This document shows positions 43,780 through 52,767 of a stretch of 64,000 nucleotides of DNA, piece by piece; positions within the stretch are counted from its first letter, which is position 1, and each line of letters starts with the position of its first letter. The stretch covers positions 124,001 through 188,000 of IMG/VR virus record IMGVR_UViG_3300032331_003609, one strand, 5' to 3'. The position numbers and the translations under genes are program-made. The notes under the pieces are model-generated. The model saw only the letters and a program-made list of their open reading frames with translations, ran no database searches and had not been told where the DNA came from.

Positions 43780-46143
43780 ATGAAAAATAACATCTATAAC
43801 CCACTTTTTGAAAGCTTGCTTAAAAAAGTAAACGATTACGAAAATCCACAAGGCATCTCAGAACAAGATGGTGCGGTGAAAGGAACTATTTTTAGCGACT
43901 ATATGAAAGCTATGTCTCAATTAGGTTCTAAATTGGTTGCACAATATGCCAATGCTATTCAGACCTATCCTAAGACTGCTGTTAAGACTGAATACATGAA
44001 AACCTTTACTGATAAATTAAAGGCCATTGAAAGCTCTATAGATATTACAAAAACACCATCTATCCAATTGGATGCTTTATTTAACAATGTTAAAACTGAG
44101 GCAACAGCATTTTTTGGATTGGGTGCTAAAGAAGATAAAAATCTTGTTAAATACCTAGAGCCATGGAGAGATGCATTTAGAACAGGATTTCAACTTTATA
44201 CCCAAGCATTTAAAAGCTTAATGGAATATGTTAAAAAACAAGAAGAGAGTGGCCAAGCTAAAATTAGCGAAACTGAAAAGGGTATGATGAAAGCAGGTGT
44301 TAGTAAATTTATTGCATCACTTACTGCATCTTTTGAAAAAAACAAGACAATCACAGATACTAAATGGGGAGAACCCGTTGTTGGTGAGTCTTTAGTTAGA
44401 GATAACTCAGTTATAGAAAAACTAATTCAAAACAAAATATGCGTTGATTTTAACACCTTTAATACAGTAGTTAATGAAGCTAAAGAGGATAGAATTGCAA
44501 GAAGAGCAGCAAAATCAGCAAGGGTTAATATAGAAGTATTACAGGCAAACATTTCAAATGTTCTAAACCAAATAGGAGGGAGACTTGGAGATCCGGCTAA
44601 AGCTAATTTTAAATCTCTAGCAATGGCTCCTGAATTTAACAAGATTGCAAACACTCTAGTTTCTATCCAAGACGAATTGTCAATTGATAGGTCAGAATTA
44701 AAGAATGTTCAATTTGATGATTTAGATAAACAAATTGCCAATCTAACGGATCTATTCAAGACTAAAAAAGATTCTTATGATAAGACATATTCTGAAGAAG
44801 AAAAAACACTAAGAAGTTCTAAAACATTAGAAATTGCAACACCAGAGGTTGCCAAGTTTATTGCAGACGGAGATGCTCAATTCGATGCATTATCAGATCT
44901 GGCTCAAAACGGAGCTAATCTTTTCTCTGCAGATATTGAAAAAGCAAAACAAGATAAATCACAAGCAGATAAAATAAAGGGAGAATCTCAACCAAAGAAT
45001 CCAGGCAAGAAAGACGGAGAGGTACAAAAAGGTCAAGACGGAGCAGATTGGAAATGGGACGCTAAAGCAAAGGTTTGGAATAAAGTAGAAGTTGCTGATC
45101 CTGTTTCTACCTCAAATATTAAAATTGCATCACCGATTAAAAAAGGTGCTAAAGGTGATCAGGTTAAAGCAGTTCAGCAATTGATCATGGATAAAATGGG
45201 TACAAAATTGAAAGATGTACCTCAGTATAAGAAATTTGCTAAATACGGAGCAGATGGTATATTCGGAGGATCCACAGCATCTTTAGTTCCTGCGATGAAA
45301 GGGGCGTTAGGGTTAAAAGACACTTCTTCTGATATTACACAGGAATTGGTTGATAAATTATCAGCAGTTATTAAAGAATCATTTGTTTTCGAACAAGATT
45401 TCGATATGGACGTTTTTAATAAAATCATAGGAAGCGGAGGGGGAGGAGACACCAAACCAGCAAAGGGAAGTTCGGGTGCAGGATCACCTATAAATTCTGC
45501 AGCTTTTAAATGTATTAAAGCTAAGGAAACTACAGAATTTGCAATGAAGGGAGGAAAAGCAGTGGTAACAAGGGCAACTACTGGAAATATTCACGAATTT
45601 AAAGCAGACGGAAGTTATAGAATTTACATAAAAAGTGAGGATAAATGGAAAAGGGGTGTTTGGAGTTGTGCGGGTAATTCTTATCAAGCAACAATAGAAG
45701 GAGGCGAAGTCTATCTTGGTGATTATCAGAATTTTAAAAGTGAAATTGATAAATCGCAAAAAGTAGCAGCAGAAGCAGCAGCTAAAAAAGCAGCAGAACA
45801 GATTGCTAGTGCTAGAGTAATTTGTCAGATTCTCCTTCAAGCAATGGCAGGTGCTAGTGAAGATGAGGGAACAGTTTATAAAACATTCCAGGATAAAATC
45901 ACAACCAAGGAGATGTTTAATACTGTTGAGGCCCAGTGGAATTCGCTTTGGCCAAGTAAAGCTGATATGAACGGCACGATGATATCAGCTAAATCAAAAA
46001 GTTGGGAAGAACTTAAGAAAGCGTGTGCATTTACTGGAACAAAGAATGGATTTAGCTTTAGAAACATATTTACACAGTTTTTTAGTTCTTCTGAAATAGC
46101 TAGATTGAATCAATATTTACCAGCAGGGGTTAAAGCAATTTAA
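43780..46143 (+). CDS. 787-aa putative internal/ejection protein with peptidoglycan-binding-like motif
   Basis: YNPLFES N-terminus; IKKGAKGDQVKAVQQ...YGADGIFG..T motif. Confidence 0.72.
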   Translation: MKNNIYNPLFESLLKKVNDYENPQGISEQDGAVKGTIFSDYMKAMSQLGSKLVAQYANAIQTYPKTAVKTEYMKTFTDKLKAIESSIDITKTPSIQLDALFNNVKTEATAFFGLGAKEDKNLVKYLEPWRDAFRTGFQLYTQAFKSLMEYVKKQEESGQAKISETEKGMMKAGVSKFIASLTASFEKNKTITDTKWGEPVVGESLVRDNSVIEKLIQNKICVDFNTFNTVVNEAKEDRIARRAAKSARVNIEVLQANISNVLNQIGGRLGDPAKANFKSLAMAPEFNKIANTLVSIQDELSIDRSELKNVQFDDLDKQIANLTDLFKTKKDSYDKTYSEEEKTLRSSKTLEIATPEVAKFIADGDAQFDALSDLAQNGANLFSADIEKAKQDKSQADKIKGESQPKNPGKKDGEVQKGQDGADWKWDAKAKVWNKVEVADPVSTSNIKIASPIKKGAKGDQVKAVQQLIMDKMGTKLKDVPQYKKFAKYGADGIFGGSTASLVPAMKGALGLKDTSSDITQELVDKLSAVIKESFVFEQDFDMDVFNKIIGSGGGGDTKPAKGSSGAGSPINSAAFKCIKAKETTEFAMKGGKAVVTRATTGNIHEFKADGSYRIYIKSEDKWKRGVWSCAGNSYQATIEGGEVYLGDYQNFKSEIDKSQKVAAEAAAKKAAEQIASARVICQILLQAMAGASEDEGTVYKTFQDKITTKEMFNTVEAQWNSLWPSKADMNGTMISAKSKSWEELKKACAFTGTKNGFSFRNIFTQFFSSSEIARLNQYLPAGVKAI

Positions 46144-46164
46144 TTTTACATTTTTTATCTAGGG

Positions 46165-46196
46165 GAAACTTTAGTACATTTGGGATATAAAATATA
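46165..46196 (+). promoter_or_regulatory. Overlapping ECF-type (GAAACTT-N16-TAAAATATA) and Bacteroidota -7 (TACATTTG, 46175-46182) promoters
   Basis: Both motifs precede the 46203 ATG. Confidence 0.6.
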
Positions 46197-46202
46197 AATT
46201 TT

Positions 46203-46742
46203 ATGTCCCTTTTTGTTATTGAAGGAGCTAGAAAATCTGGTAAAACACATTTTGTTAGTTCCCAAAGTTGGATCCCCGTATTTAAATTTGATTTCAATGG
46301 ATTGTACACATCCTTGGATCTTCCTGCAGAGGGTGAAAAAACTCACCATATTGGACTGGGTAAGGAGCTAATGGTTCAGCAACTAAACAGGGATGGTTTT
46401 CTTTCAGATCTAATGATGGACCGGGGAATTATTACTAATTCAGTCTGGGGTATTCTAAATAAAAGGGTAAGCAAAAAATCTGTTTATAAAGAGCTAGATT
46501 ATATGCTTGAAAACAATCTTTTTAAAGACACCTTCTTTTTTTTAATCACTGGAACATCCCCAGAGAATAGAGAGAAAGATGTTTGGGATTATATGGACAA
46601 GAAGATTCCTGAAGAAAGTGCTCTTTTTATAGAACTTGGAAATTATCTTTCAGAAAGAGGGGTAAAGATTCAGACAATCGAAAATAAATTTGATGCTGAA
46701 TCACTCTCTGCATTCCAAACTATAATTAAAAACCTTAAATAA
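46203..46742 (+). CDS. P-loop (deoxy)nucleoside monophosphate kinase, thymidylate kinase-like
   Basis: VIEGARKSGKT Walker A; MDRG motif. Confidence 0.75.
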   Translation: MSLFVIEGARKSGKTHFVSSQSWIPVFKFDFNGLYTSLDLPAEGEKTHHIGLGKELMVQQLNRDGFLSDLMMDRGIITNSVWGILNKRVSKKSVYKELDYMLENNLFKDTFFFLITGTSPENREKDVWDYMDKKIPEESALFIELGNYLSERGVKIQTIENKFDAESLSAFQTIIKNLK

Positions 46743-46743
46743 T

Positions 46744-48177
46744 ATGTGTGGAATACTAATTGCTCATAATCCCTCCGAGGAAAGAATTAAGTCAATATCG
46801 CACAGGGGTATCGAATATTCCACACACTCAGATGCATCGGGATTAACCCTATGCCATCACAGATTGCCTATCCAAACAGCAATAGGTGACGGTTGGATTC
46901 AACCGGTCGAGATATCGAAAGACAAGTACCTTCTATTCAATGGCGAAATTTTTAATTATCCCACGGAGCTATATGATTCAGATACTGCGTATCTAGCTAG
47001 TCTTTTTTCTACCTGCCTAGACTTTTCATCACTTGAGATGTTTAGTGCTCTCTACGAGCCCCATATTAAGAGCTGGGATGGTTTCTGGGCTATTTGTCTG
47101 GTTGATATGAAGACAAAGAACGTTATTTGTTTTACAGACCCTCTAGGTAAGAAGTGCCTATACTATAATGATCTTGGAGAAATCTGCTCTGAAATGAAAG
47201 GACTTATTAATAGTGCTTCTTTCTTAGATAGATCCTTTATGGGCGGTGTAAGAAAATGGGGGTATGTTCCTAATGAATCTACCCCATTTGAAAACATCCA
47301 GAAGATCCGACCAAACTACTTTTATCAATGGAATTTTGCTGCTCCAGACTTCAAGAAGCTATATGGTCCCTATTTCTCATTTAAACCCCCCAAATTTGAG
47401 TTTAATTCTGAGGATGAGATGTTAGATTGGGTTTGGAACAAAGTTGAAGCAGCGACAAAGAATAGACTGTTAAGCTTGGACTATCCTATATCCATCCTGC
47501 TTTCAGGAGGTCTGGATTCATCTATCATTGGTGGGCTTCTTCTTAAGCTAGGTGCGGATGTTAGTTGGTATACCATAAACAACGGACCGGACAATGATTA
47601 TGTCAGAGAATGCGAGAATTATTGGGGTATTAAAGTAAACCAATTGGAATATACAATGAACGAAGATAGTATTAATCTGGATGAATTGTATTTTAAGTGG
47701 AATGAATCTCCTATAGATTTAGGCAGCGTGGTACCACAGTACCTGCTATTTGATGCGATTAAAAAAGGAACAGACACTAGAATAGTCCTATCAGGGGACG
47801 GAGCAGATGAAATGTTTGGAGGATATAGAAGGATAGATGAGTACGACTCACAAGGATCTGATGTTTTCCATGAATTAACATATTACCATTTACCAAGACT
47901 TGATAAAATGAGCATGGCACACACATTAGAGCTTAGAAATCCTTTTCTGAATTTAGAGCTTCTTCAAATGGCACTAAATCTTCCGATGGATTTAAGGAAA
48001 CATAAGACCATTCTTAAGAAAGCATTCAAAGGATTGGTTCCAGATTCTGTTATAGAAAGAAAAAAGCATCCATTAAAGAATGAAAGAATAGTGAAAGATC
48101 CTATGGAATATAGAATAGAAGCTATTGAAAGCTTTAAAAAGGGATACAGCGATTTTTTAGAAAGAGGAGAATATTAA
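46744..48177 (+). CDS. asnB: Asparagine synthase-like glutamine-dependent amidotransferase (AsnB family)
   Basis: N-terminal MCGI, HRG, H.RL.I, FNGEIFNY, LLSGGLDSS, LSGDGADEMFGGY, LELRNPFL. Confidence 0.93.
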   Translation: MCGILIAHNPSEERIKSISHRGIEYSTHSDASGLTLCHHRLPIQTAIGDGWIQPVEISKDKYLLFNGEIFNYPTELYDSDTAYLASLFSTCLDFSSLEMFSALYEPHIKSWDGFWAICLVDMKTKNVICFTDPLGKKCLYYNDLGEICSEMKGLINSASFLDRSFMGGVRKWGYVPNESTPFENIQKIRPNYFYQWNFAAPDFKKLYGPYFSFKPPKFEFNSEDEMLDWVWNKVEAATKNRLLSLDYPISILLSGGLDSSIIGGLLLKLGADVSWYTINNGPDNDYVRECENYWGIKVNQLEYTMNEDSINLDELYFKWNESPIDLGSVVPQYLLFDAIKKGTDTRIVLSGDGADEMFGGYRRIDEYDSQGSDVFHELTYYHLPRLDKMSMAHTLELRNPFLNLELLQMALNLPMDLRKHKTILKKAFKGLVPDSVIERKKHPLKNERIVKDPMEYRIEAIESFKKGYSDFLERGEY

Positions 48178-49661
48178 TAAAGCTCAATTCCTGCTAGAGA
48201 ATCACCTTTTGCATTAAGTGGTGAATAATCTTCTGGTTCATCCGTCAAAAGAAACGTCTTACTTGCATCGACAACTAAACCAGCTATTCCCATAAATCCC
48301 CTGTTAATTAGTATCGGAGTACTTTTGTTAGTTCTATCAACAATAGAAAATTTAACCTTCTTGTAAACCATTTCCCCGAATTCAATATCTAAAAGAATAA
48401 CTGGCCTTTTATCAGTTTGATCCCCAACTTCTGCATGGGAATATTCCATTATTCTGTTACTAAAGGATTTACCCCCAACTGTCCAATTTAAAAATCCATC
48501 AACCTCTTCTGAAAAATCTGCATGAAGAGAACACGCAATAGATCCGTTGCCAGTATCTAATTTACCTATAAATTTGCCAACCCCCTTGATATCAAAGCTC
48601 TCTCTAAATCCCACCATTTTTCGAGGATAATTCCAGTTCTTTTTATCAAGTATAAAATCTAAGATAATTCCTGTTACGTCAAGACCCGTTGCTTTTTCTA
48701 TGCCGTCAGTTCCTGGTGATGCGTTTACTTCTAAAACATATGGTATACCAGTATTTTTTCCAATAATAATATCAACACCACACCACGAGCATTCAGTTGC
48801 TTTAGCAGCTCCTATTGCTATTTTTTCTATCTCTTTAGATATTTCTACTGCCTCTGCTACCCCACCTAAAGACACGTTTGTTCTAAAGTCATTCTCTATT
48901 CTGTGTCTTTTCATAGAGGCTATAATTGTATAATCATCCCCGTCGCCTGTAGAATTTCTAGATCCAACTACGTGTATTCTTAAATCAAAGTCAGCTTCTA
49001 TTTTTTCTTGGACTATTAATTCAGTTTCTGGCGAAAGCTTCCATATTGTTTGTAAAGTTGAGAAAAGAGACGTTTTAGAATCTATCTGAAATACACCTAT
49101 TCCTTTGGTGCCGCTTAATGTTTTTACTACAATAGGGTATTTTCCCCCGATTTTACTCATAGCATTTTCTATATCATCCTCTGATGATATTAAAGCAGTT
49201 TTTGGTGTCGGTATTCCTTTTTCTTGGAGTTTTTGAACAGTGTCTAACTTATCTTCACAAAGAAGTACAGATCTTGGTGAATTCACTGATACAAATCCAA
49301 GAGATTCAAGTTTTTCAAAAAATTTAACAGCTGCTGTTGAGTTTATTGATGATCTTCTAGCAAGTATTGCTGTATTTTTAATATCAATCTCATACTTGTT
49401 GTTGCTTCCTTTATTTCTAATAAAGAAGCTTCCTGTTTCACTTTTTTCGATTTCCCCCTGCGATGTGTTAATTATGATGCATTTAAATCCTAAAGAAGTG
49501 GATTTCTCCATCATTTTTTTAACAGTTGGAGCAAGATAGTTTTTTCTTGATTCTAATTTGGTTGTAAGAATCACAAGGGAAATAGGCTTTTTTGAGCCTA
49601 TCTTTAGATTCTCAGCTCCCTGAAAAACAAAATCATCTTCTTTGGTCAATAAATTATCCAT
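48174..49661 (-). CDS. rimK: RimK-family ATP-grasp ligase fused to C-terminal retropepsin-like (RimB/ATP-dependent Zn-protease family) domain
   Basis: DKL.T...L...GIP.PKT, P.VVK...G..GIGV, DLR..V.G, FR.NVS.GG, GVDII, LEVN.SPG; then KLDTGNG...SLHA...RPVI.LD..F...FSIVDR...ILINR.FM. Confidence 0.9.
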   Translation of the reverse strand: MDNLLTKEDDFVFQGAENLKIGSKKPISLVILTTKLESRKNYLAPTVKKMMEKSTSLGFKCIIINTSQGEIEKSETGSFFIRNKGSNNKYEIDIKNTAILARRSSINSTAAVKFFEKLESLGFVSVNSPRSVLLCEDKLDTVQKLQEKGIPTPKTALISSEDDIENAMSKIGGKYPIVVKTLSGTKGIGVFQIDSKTSLFSTLQTIWKLSPETELIVQEKIEADFDLRIHVVGSRNSTGDGDDYTIIASMKRHRIENDFRTNVSLGGVAEAVEISKEIEKIAIGAAKATECSWCGVDIIIGKNTGIPYVLEVNASPGTDGIEKATGLDVTGIILDFILDKKNWNYPRKMVGFRESFDIKGVGKFIGKLDTGNGSIACSLHADFSEEVDGFLNWTVGGKSFSNRIMEYSHAEVGDQTDKRPVILLDIEFGEMVYKKVKFSIVDRTNKSTPILINRGFMGIAGLVVDASKTFLLTDEPEDYSPLNAKGDSLAGIELY

Positions 49662-49678
49662 CTAAAACTTAATTGATC

Positions 49679-49686
49679 TATATATC
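49679..49686 (-). promoter_or_regulatory. Late promoter GATATATA for the RimK fusion
   Basis: TATATATC on +, 17 nt before the minus-strand ATG. Confidence 0.65.
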
Positions 49687-49696
49687 CTTGGCAAAT

Positions 49697-49726
49697 AAAA
49701 AAGGAGATCTTTGAGGATCTCCTTTT
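49697..49726 (-). terminator. Intrinsic terminator between the Glu-rich gene and rimK
   Basis: AAAAGGAGATC-6 nt-GATCTCCTTTT perfect inverted repeat with T-run on the minus strand. Confidence 0.8.
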
Positions 49727-49749
49727 GTTTATTTTGTTTTAATTTATTG

Positions 49750-50331
49750 TTAATTGAAAAATCTATTAAAAGCAGGGTTTAAAATTTCTTCAGATTCTTC
49801 TTCTTCATGATCCATTTCCTCGCCTTCTTCCATTTCTTCGTGGGTCATTTCTTCTCCTTCCTCCATTTCTTCATCTTCTTCCATTTCTTCCTCATTGACA
49901 TCCGCTTCATCTTCTAGTTCTTCCTCCTCATTATACTCATCTAGGTCAATTTCTTCCTCTTCACCATCCTCTTCATCCTCATCTTCTTCGTTCATATTTT
50001 CTTCCATATCTTCCTCTTCTTCCATACTTTCTTCTTCTTCCTCTTCTTCCATACTTTCTTCTTCTTCCTCTTCTTCTTCCTCGTTATCTGTCATATCATC
50101 AGAAGTGGTATCATCGTCCATATCAAATGAGGAATCTACTCCATCAGTTTCTTCATCTTCTTCTTCTGTTTCATCGTCAGTAGGAATTGAATCTGCACCA
50201 CCATCGGTTTCAGTTTCTTCTTGATCTGCTGTATCTGCAGTGTCCATATCCATTTCTGTATTGTCTTGACCAAGTGTTCCTTCAGTGTATTGTTTAGAAA
50301 ACTCCTCAAAACTTAATATCTTTTTTTCCAT
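49750..50331 (-). CDS. Extremely acidic poly-Glu/Asp protein, putative internal head or core protein
   Basis: 193 aa with runs such as EEEEEEEESMEEEEEEESMEEEE; MEKKILSFEEF N-terminus; GATATATA 18 nt upstream. Confidence 0.8.
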   Translation of the reverse strand: MEKKILSFEEFSKQYTEGTLGQDNTEMDMDTADTADQEETETDGGADSIPTDDETEEEDEETDGVDSSFDMDDDTTSDDMTDNEEEEEEEEESMEEEEEEESMEEEEDMEENMNEEDEDEEDGEEEEIDLDEYNEEEELEDEADVNEEEMEEDEEMEEGEEMTHEEMEEGEEMDHEEEESEEILNPAFNRFFN

Positions 50332-50349
50332 TTTTGAATTATTTATATC

Positions 50350-50357
50350 TATATATC
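50350..50357 (-). promoter_or_regulatory. Late promoter GATATATA
   Basis: 18 nt upstream of the 50331 ATG. Confidence 0.65.
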
Positions 50358-50376
50358 TTTTTGCGTGATCGCATTC

Positions 50377-50610
50377 TTATTCTGCACCCCCTGATTCTAC
50401 TGCTCCGTTGCCTGGATAATCTATCTTAGATTGATTTTTAAAAATAGCGTCCCCATAACCAACATACTCGTAAGGTTTTTCTAATTTAATTTCATGAAAA
50501 GGGGATCTATCCTCTTTACTCATGTTCTTAGGATTCCATGGGTCTGCTATAACTTTTAAGAAGTCTTTAAACTCTAAGATCTCCCTCTTTTTTACGTTTT
50601 TCTGATGCAT
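50377..50610 (-). CDS. Small putative internal head protein
   Basis: 77 aa; ILEFKDFLK motif similar to neighbours. Confidence 0.6.
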   Translation of the reverse strand: MHQKNVKKREILEFKDFLKVIADPWNPKNMSKEDRSPFHEIKLEKPYEYVGYGDAIFKNQSKIDYPGNGAVESGGAE

Positions 50611-50624
50611 CTTTTCTTTTTTTA

Positions 50625-51323
50625 TTATCCTAGTCCTAAAAGACTTAATATTCCAGTATTAGTACTACCTGTTCCGTCGGTCGATTTGGCTGATGTTTTA
50701 GCTGCAGTAGCTAAATCTTTTTCTGAGAATTTTCCGCCTCCAAATATACTTTTGAATGATGTTCCTTCCCCACAAACTATTCCCTCTAATTTAGTTTCTA
50801 GCATAGTTGCAAAAGCGGTAGAGTTTATATAGGTAGTTAATGCCTCTCTTGTTGAAGCTACAAAAGTACCTCCTAAACCAGATTCAAAATTAATGTTTAT
50901 TCCTAATCCTCTAGAAAGTATAAGTGAGATAGCTTTTTCTTCTATTGTTTCTGTTAATCCTAATGTTATTGCTTTTGTCCAATATTTACAAGATCCTGCC
51001 CCGAAATAACTACCAATGTGCATAAATGAGATATTTTCCACTATATTCTTTGCAAATTCACTCATAAACCCACCGTCGTTTGGTAATCCGAATTTGTCCA
51101 AAAGCCATCCAGCAGCATAGTTTTTTAGTCTATCTTCAAATCCACCCATTAATTTACCGCCTAGACCGCTAATTAAATCCCAAAGGCCTTCATTTATTTG
51201 ATCTACTGATTCACCTTTGTGCAGCATATCATTATAATGAGCTTCTAAACCTTCCACTATTCTGAAATATTCTTCGTCTGTTACATTAACCTTTGTAAAT
51301 TCTGAATATTTGATGACTTTCAT
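50625..51323 (-). CDS. Putative internal head / membrane-active protein (true start MKVIKYSEF at 51323)
   Basis: GATATATA 17 nt upstream of this ATG; amphipathic Gly-rich helices (GLWDLISGLGGKLMGG; GILSLLGLG). Confidence 0.75.
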   Translation of the reverse strand: MKVIKYSEFTKVNVTDEEYFRIVEGLEAHYNDMLHKGESVDQINEGLWDLISGLGGKLMGGFEDRLKNYAAGWLLDKFGLPNDGGFMSEFAKNIVENISFMHIGSYFGAGSCKYWTKAITLGLTETIEEKAISLILSRGLGININFESGLGGTFVASTREALTTYINSTAFATMLETKLEGIVCGEGTSFKSIFGGGKFSEKDLATAAKTSAKSTDGTGSTNTGILSLLGLG

Positions 51324-51340
51324 TTCTACTTTATTTTTAT

Positions 51341-51379
51341 TATATATCTCTTCTATAATAATAAAACCAAAGATATATA
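51341..51379. promoter_or_regulatory. Divergent pair of GATATATA late promoters (51341-51348 minus, 51372-51379 plus)
   Basis: Back-to-back exact motifs between divergent genes. Confidence 0.7.
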
Positions 51380-51400
51380 ACCATATAATCAAGTCACCCA

Positions 51401-51973
51401 TTGAAACACCTTCTAAGTTATAGAGATTTATTTGAAAGTACCTCTGCTGGATCCCAGGATAGGGGATCTTCAGATGTGCCTCCGTTCAAGTTTGCTATAA
51501 ACTTCGACCCTAGACTAGGATACACTAAAAACGATTTTGTGCAGGATTTGACTGAGATCTATTTGGGATATCCATTAAAGGACCGTAGAGATCTTATGGA
51601 TGCTGTTTTTAAAAGCGCTGGTGTTTTTAAAATATCAGACATTCAGGATCTTCCGCAGGACAGGGTAGATAAATTAATCAAAAGCGTAGAAGAGTATATG
51701 GAAAGTAAATCCGAGTATAAATTAGAAATACTTCCAGACGGGTTTATTCTTTGCTTTGAGGGGCTTAAACACCGAAAAAGAACTTGTGATGTTTATTACT
51801 CCCCGACGGAAAGAAAAGTAAAAATATCATATACCGACGCCTATCCAGAAAATGAAGAGATAATAATTGGGATAGATGGATTTTCTCCTATATCAGTAGG
51901 AGTTGATAATAACGATTTTATGGCGACGGTTGAAAAGTGCGATGATTATGCTAAAAAGTCTAATCCCTTATAG
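51401..51973 (+). CDS. Hypothetical protein with capsid-targeting-like N-terminus (TTG start)
   Basis: MKHLLSYRDLFE|S; late promoter 21 nt upstream. Confidence 0.7.
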   Translation: MKHLLSYRDLFESTSAGSQDRGSSDVPPFKFAINFDPRLGYTKNDFVQDLTEIYLGYPLKDRRDLMDAVFKSAGVFKISDIQDLPQDRVDKLIKSVEEYMESKSEYKLEILPDGFILCFEGLKHRKRTCDVYYSPTERKVKISYTDAYPENEEIIIGIDGFSPISVGVDNNDFMATVEKCDDYAKKSNPL

Positions 51974-52696
51974 CATAGAAAGATAATCCCTATAATTATT
52001 AACTATAAATTCTATTGACTTGTCTTTCATAACCTCAAATGATATTTCATCTTCGCCCTTGGCCTTTTGCAAATCCACAATAATAAAACAATCGGTATAC
52101 TTAGAAAAGTTTTTGATCTCCTTTTCAAAAAAGTTATAGATTTTTCTGTCAGACTTTGTATACTCGGGTAACGGGTCCATCAATTCGCTTAACAAAAGAC
52201 CTACCTGCTCAACCTCATCAACTTTAATAATAGAAAACAACCAAGAGTAAATTTTCATTTTCTTGTTCTTGTTATTTCTCATAACAACATATCCGCGGTC
52301 TTTAGAGAAAAAATCCTCATTGTGTATTCTGAACTCTAAAGATTTTTCTATTTCTTCGAGGTAGGGATTTAACTTCTCCATAAAATTGTCTAACACCTCT
52401 AATGTTCCGTCTAATATAAGTGGAACTTCTTCATTCTCGTCGACAAGTGTTATTAGTTCATGGGTTTTCTCTATTTCGTCCTGGGTCATATTTTTAACAG
52501 TCTTATCACTAAGTCTATTAAACTTTTGAAAACTTTTTACATCATTGTAAACCCTGGTTATTTTTTGGATTTGCTCTGAGTATTTTTTCTTGCCAAGATC
52601 AGTTTCCACAGATTGCAGAAAATCCATCAGAATATAATACTTATGCTCTGCATCTATAGGATCTTGTAAAAACCAATATGGTTGTAAATTTTTCAT
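51968..52696 (-). CDS. Conserved hypothetical protein
   Basis: 242 aa; WF...PID.EHK.YIL..FLQ N-terminal motif. Confidence 0.75.
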   Translation of the reverse strand: MKNLQPYWFLQDPIDAEHKYYILMDFLQSVETDLGKKKYSEQIQKITRVYNDVKSFQKFNRLSDKTVKNMTQDEIEKTHELITLVDENEEVPLILDGTLEVLDNFMEKLNPYLEEIEKSLEFRIHNEDFFSKDRGYVVMRNNKNKKMKIYSWLFSIIKVDEVEQVGLLLSELMDPLPEYTKSDRKIYNFFEKEIKNFSKYTDCFIIVDLQKAKGEDEISFEVMKDKSIEFIVNNYRDYLSML

Positions 52697-52767
52697 TGCT
52701 TACTACTATAATATATAACCCAAAACGTGACGGATTCCTCTCATAAAAAAAATATTTCTCGTTTTTG

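Noticed and set aside
50625-51401. Track start at 51401 for the minus-strand ORF (likewise 63452 and 32986)
   Set aside because: Promoter positions and N-terminal motifs support starts at 51323, 63338 and 33004; the longer versions run across promoter regions.
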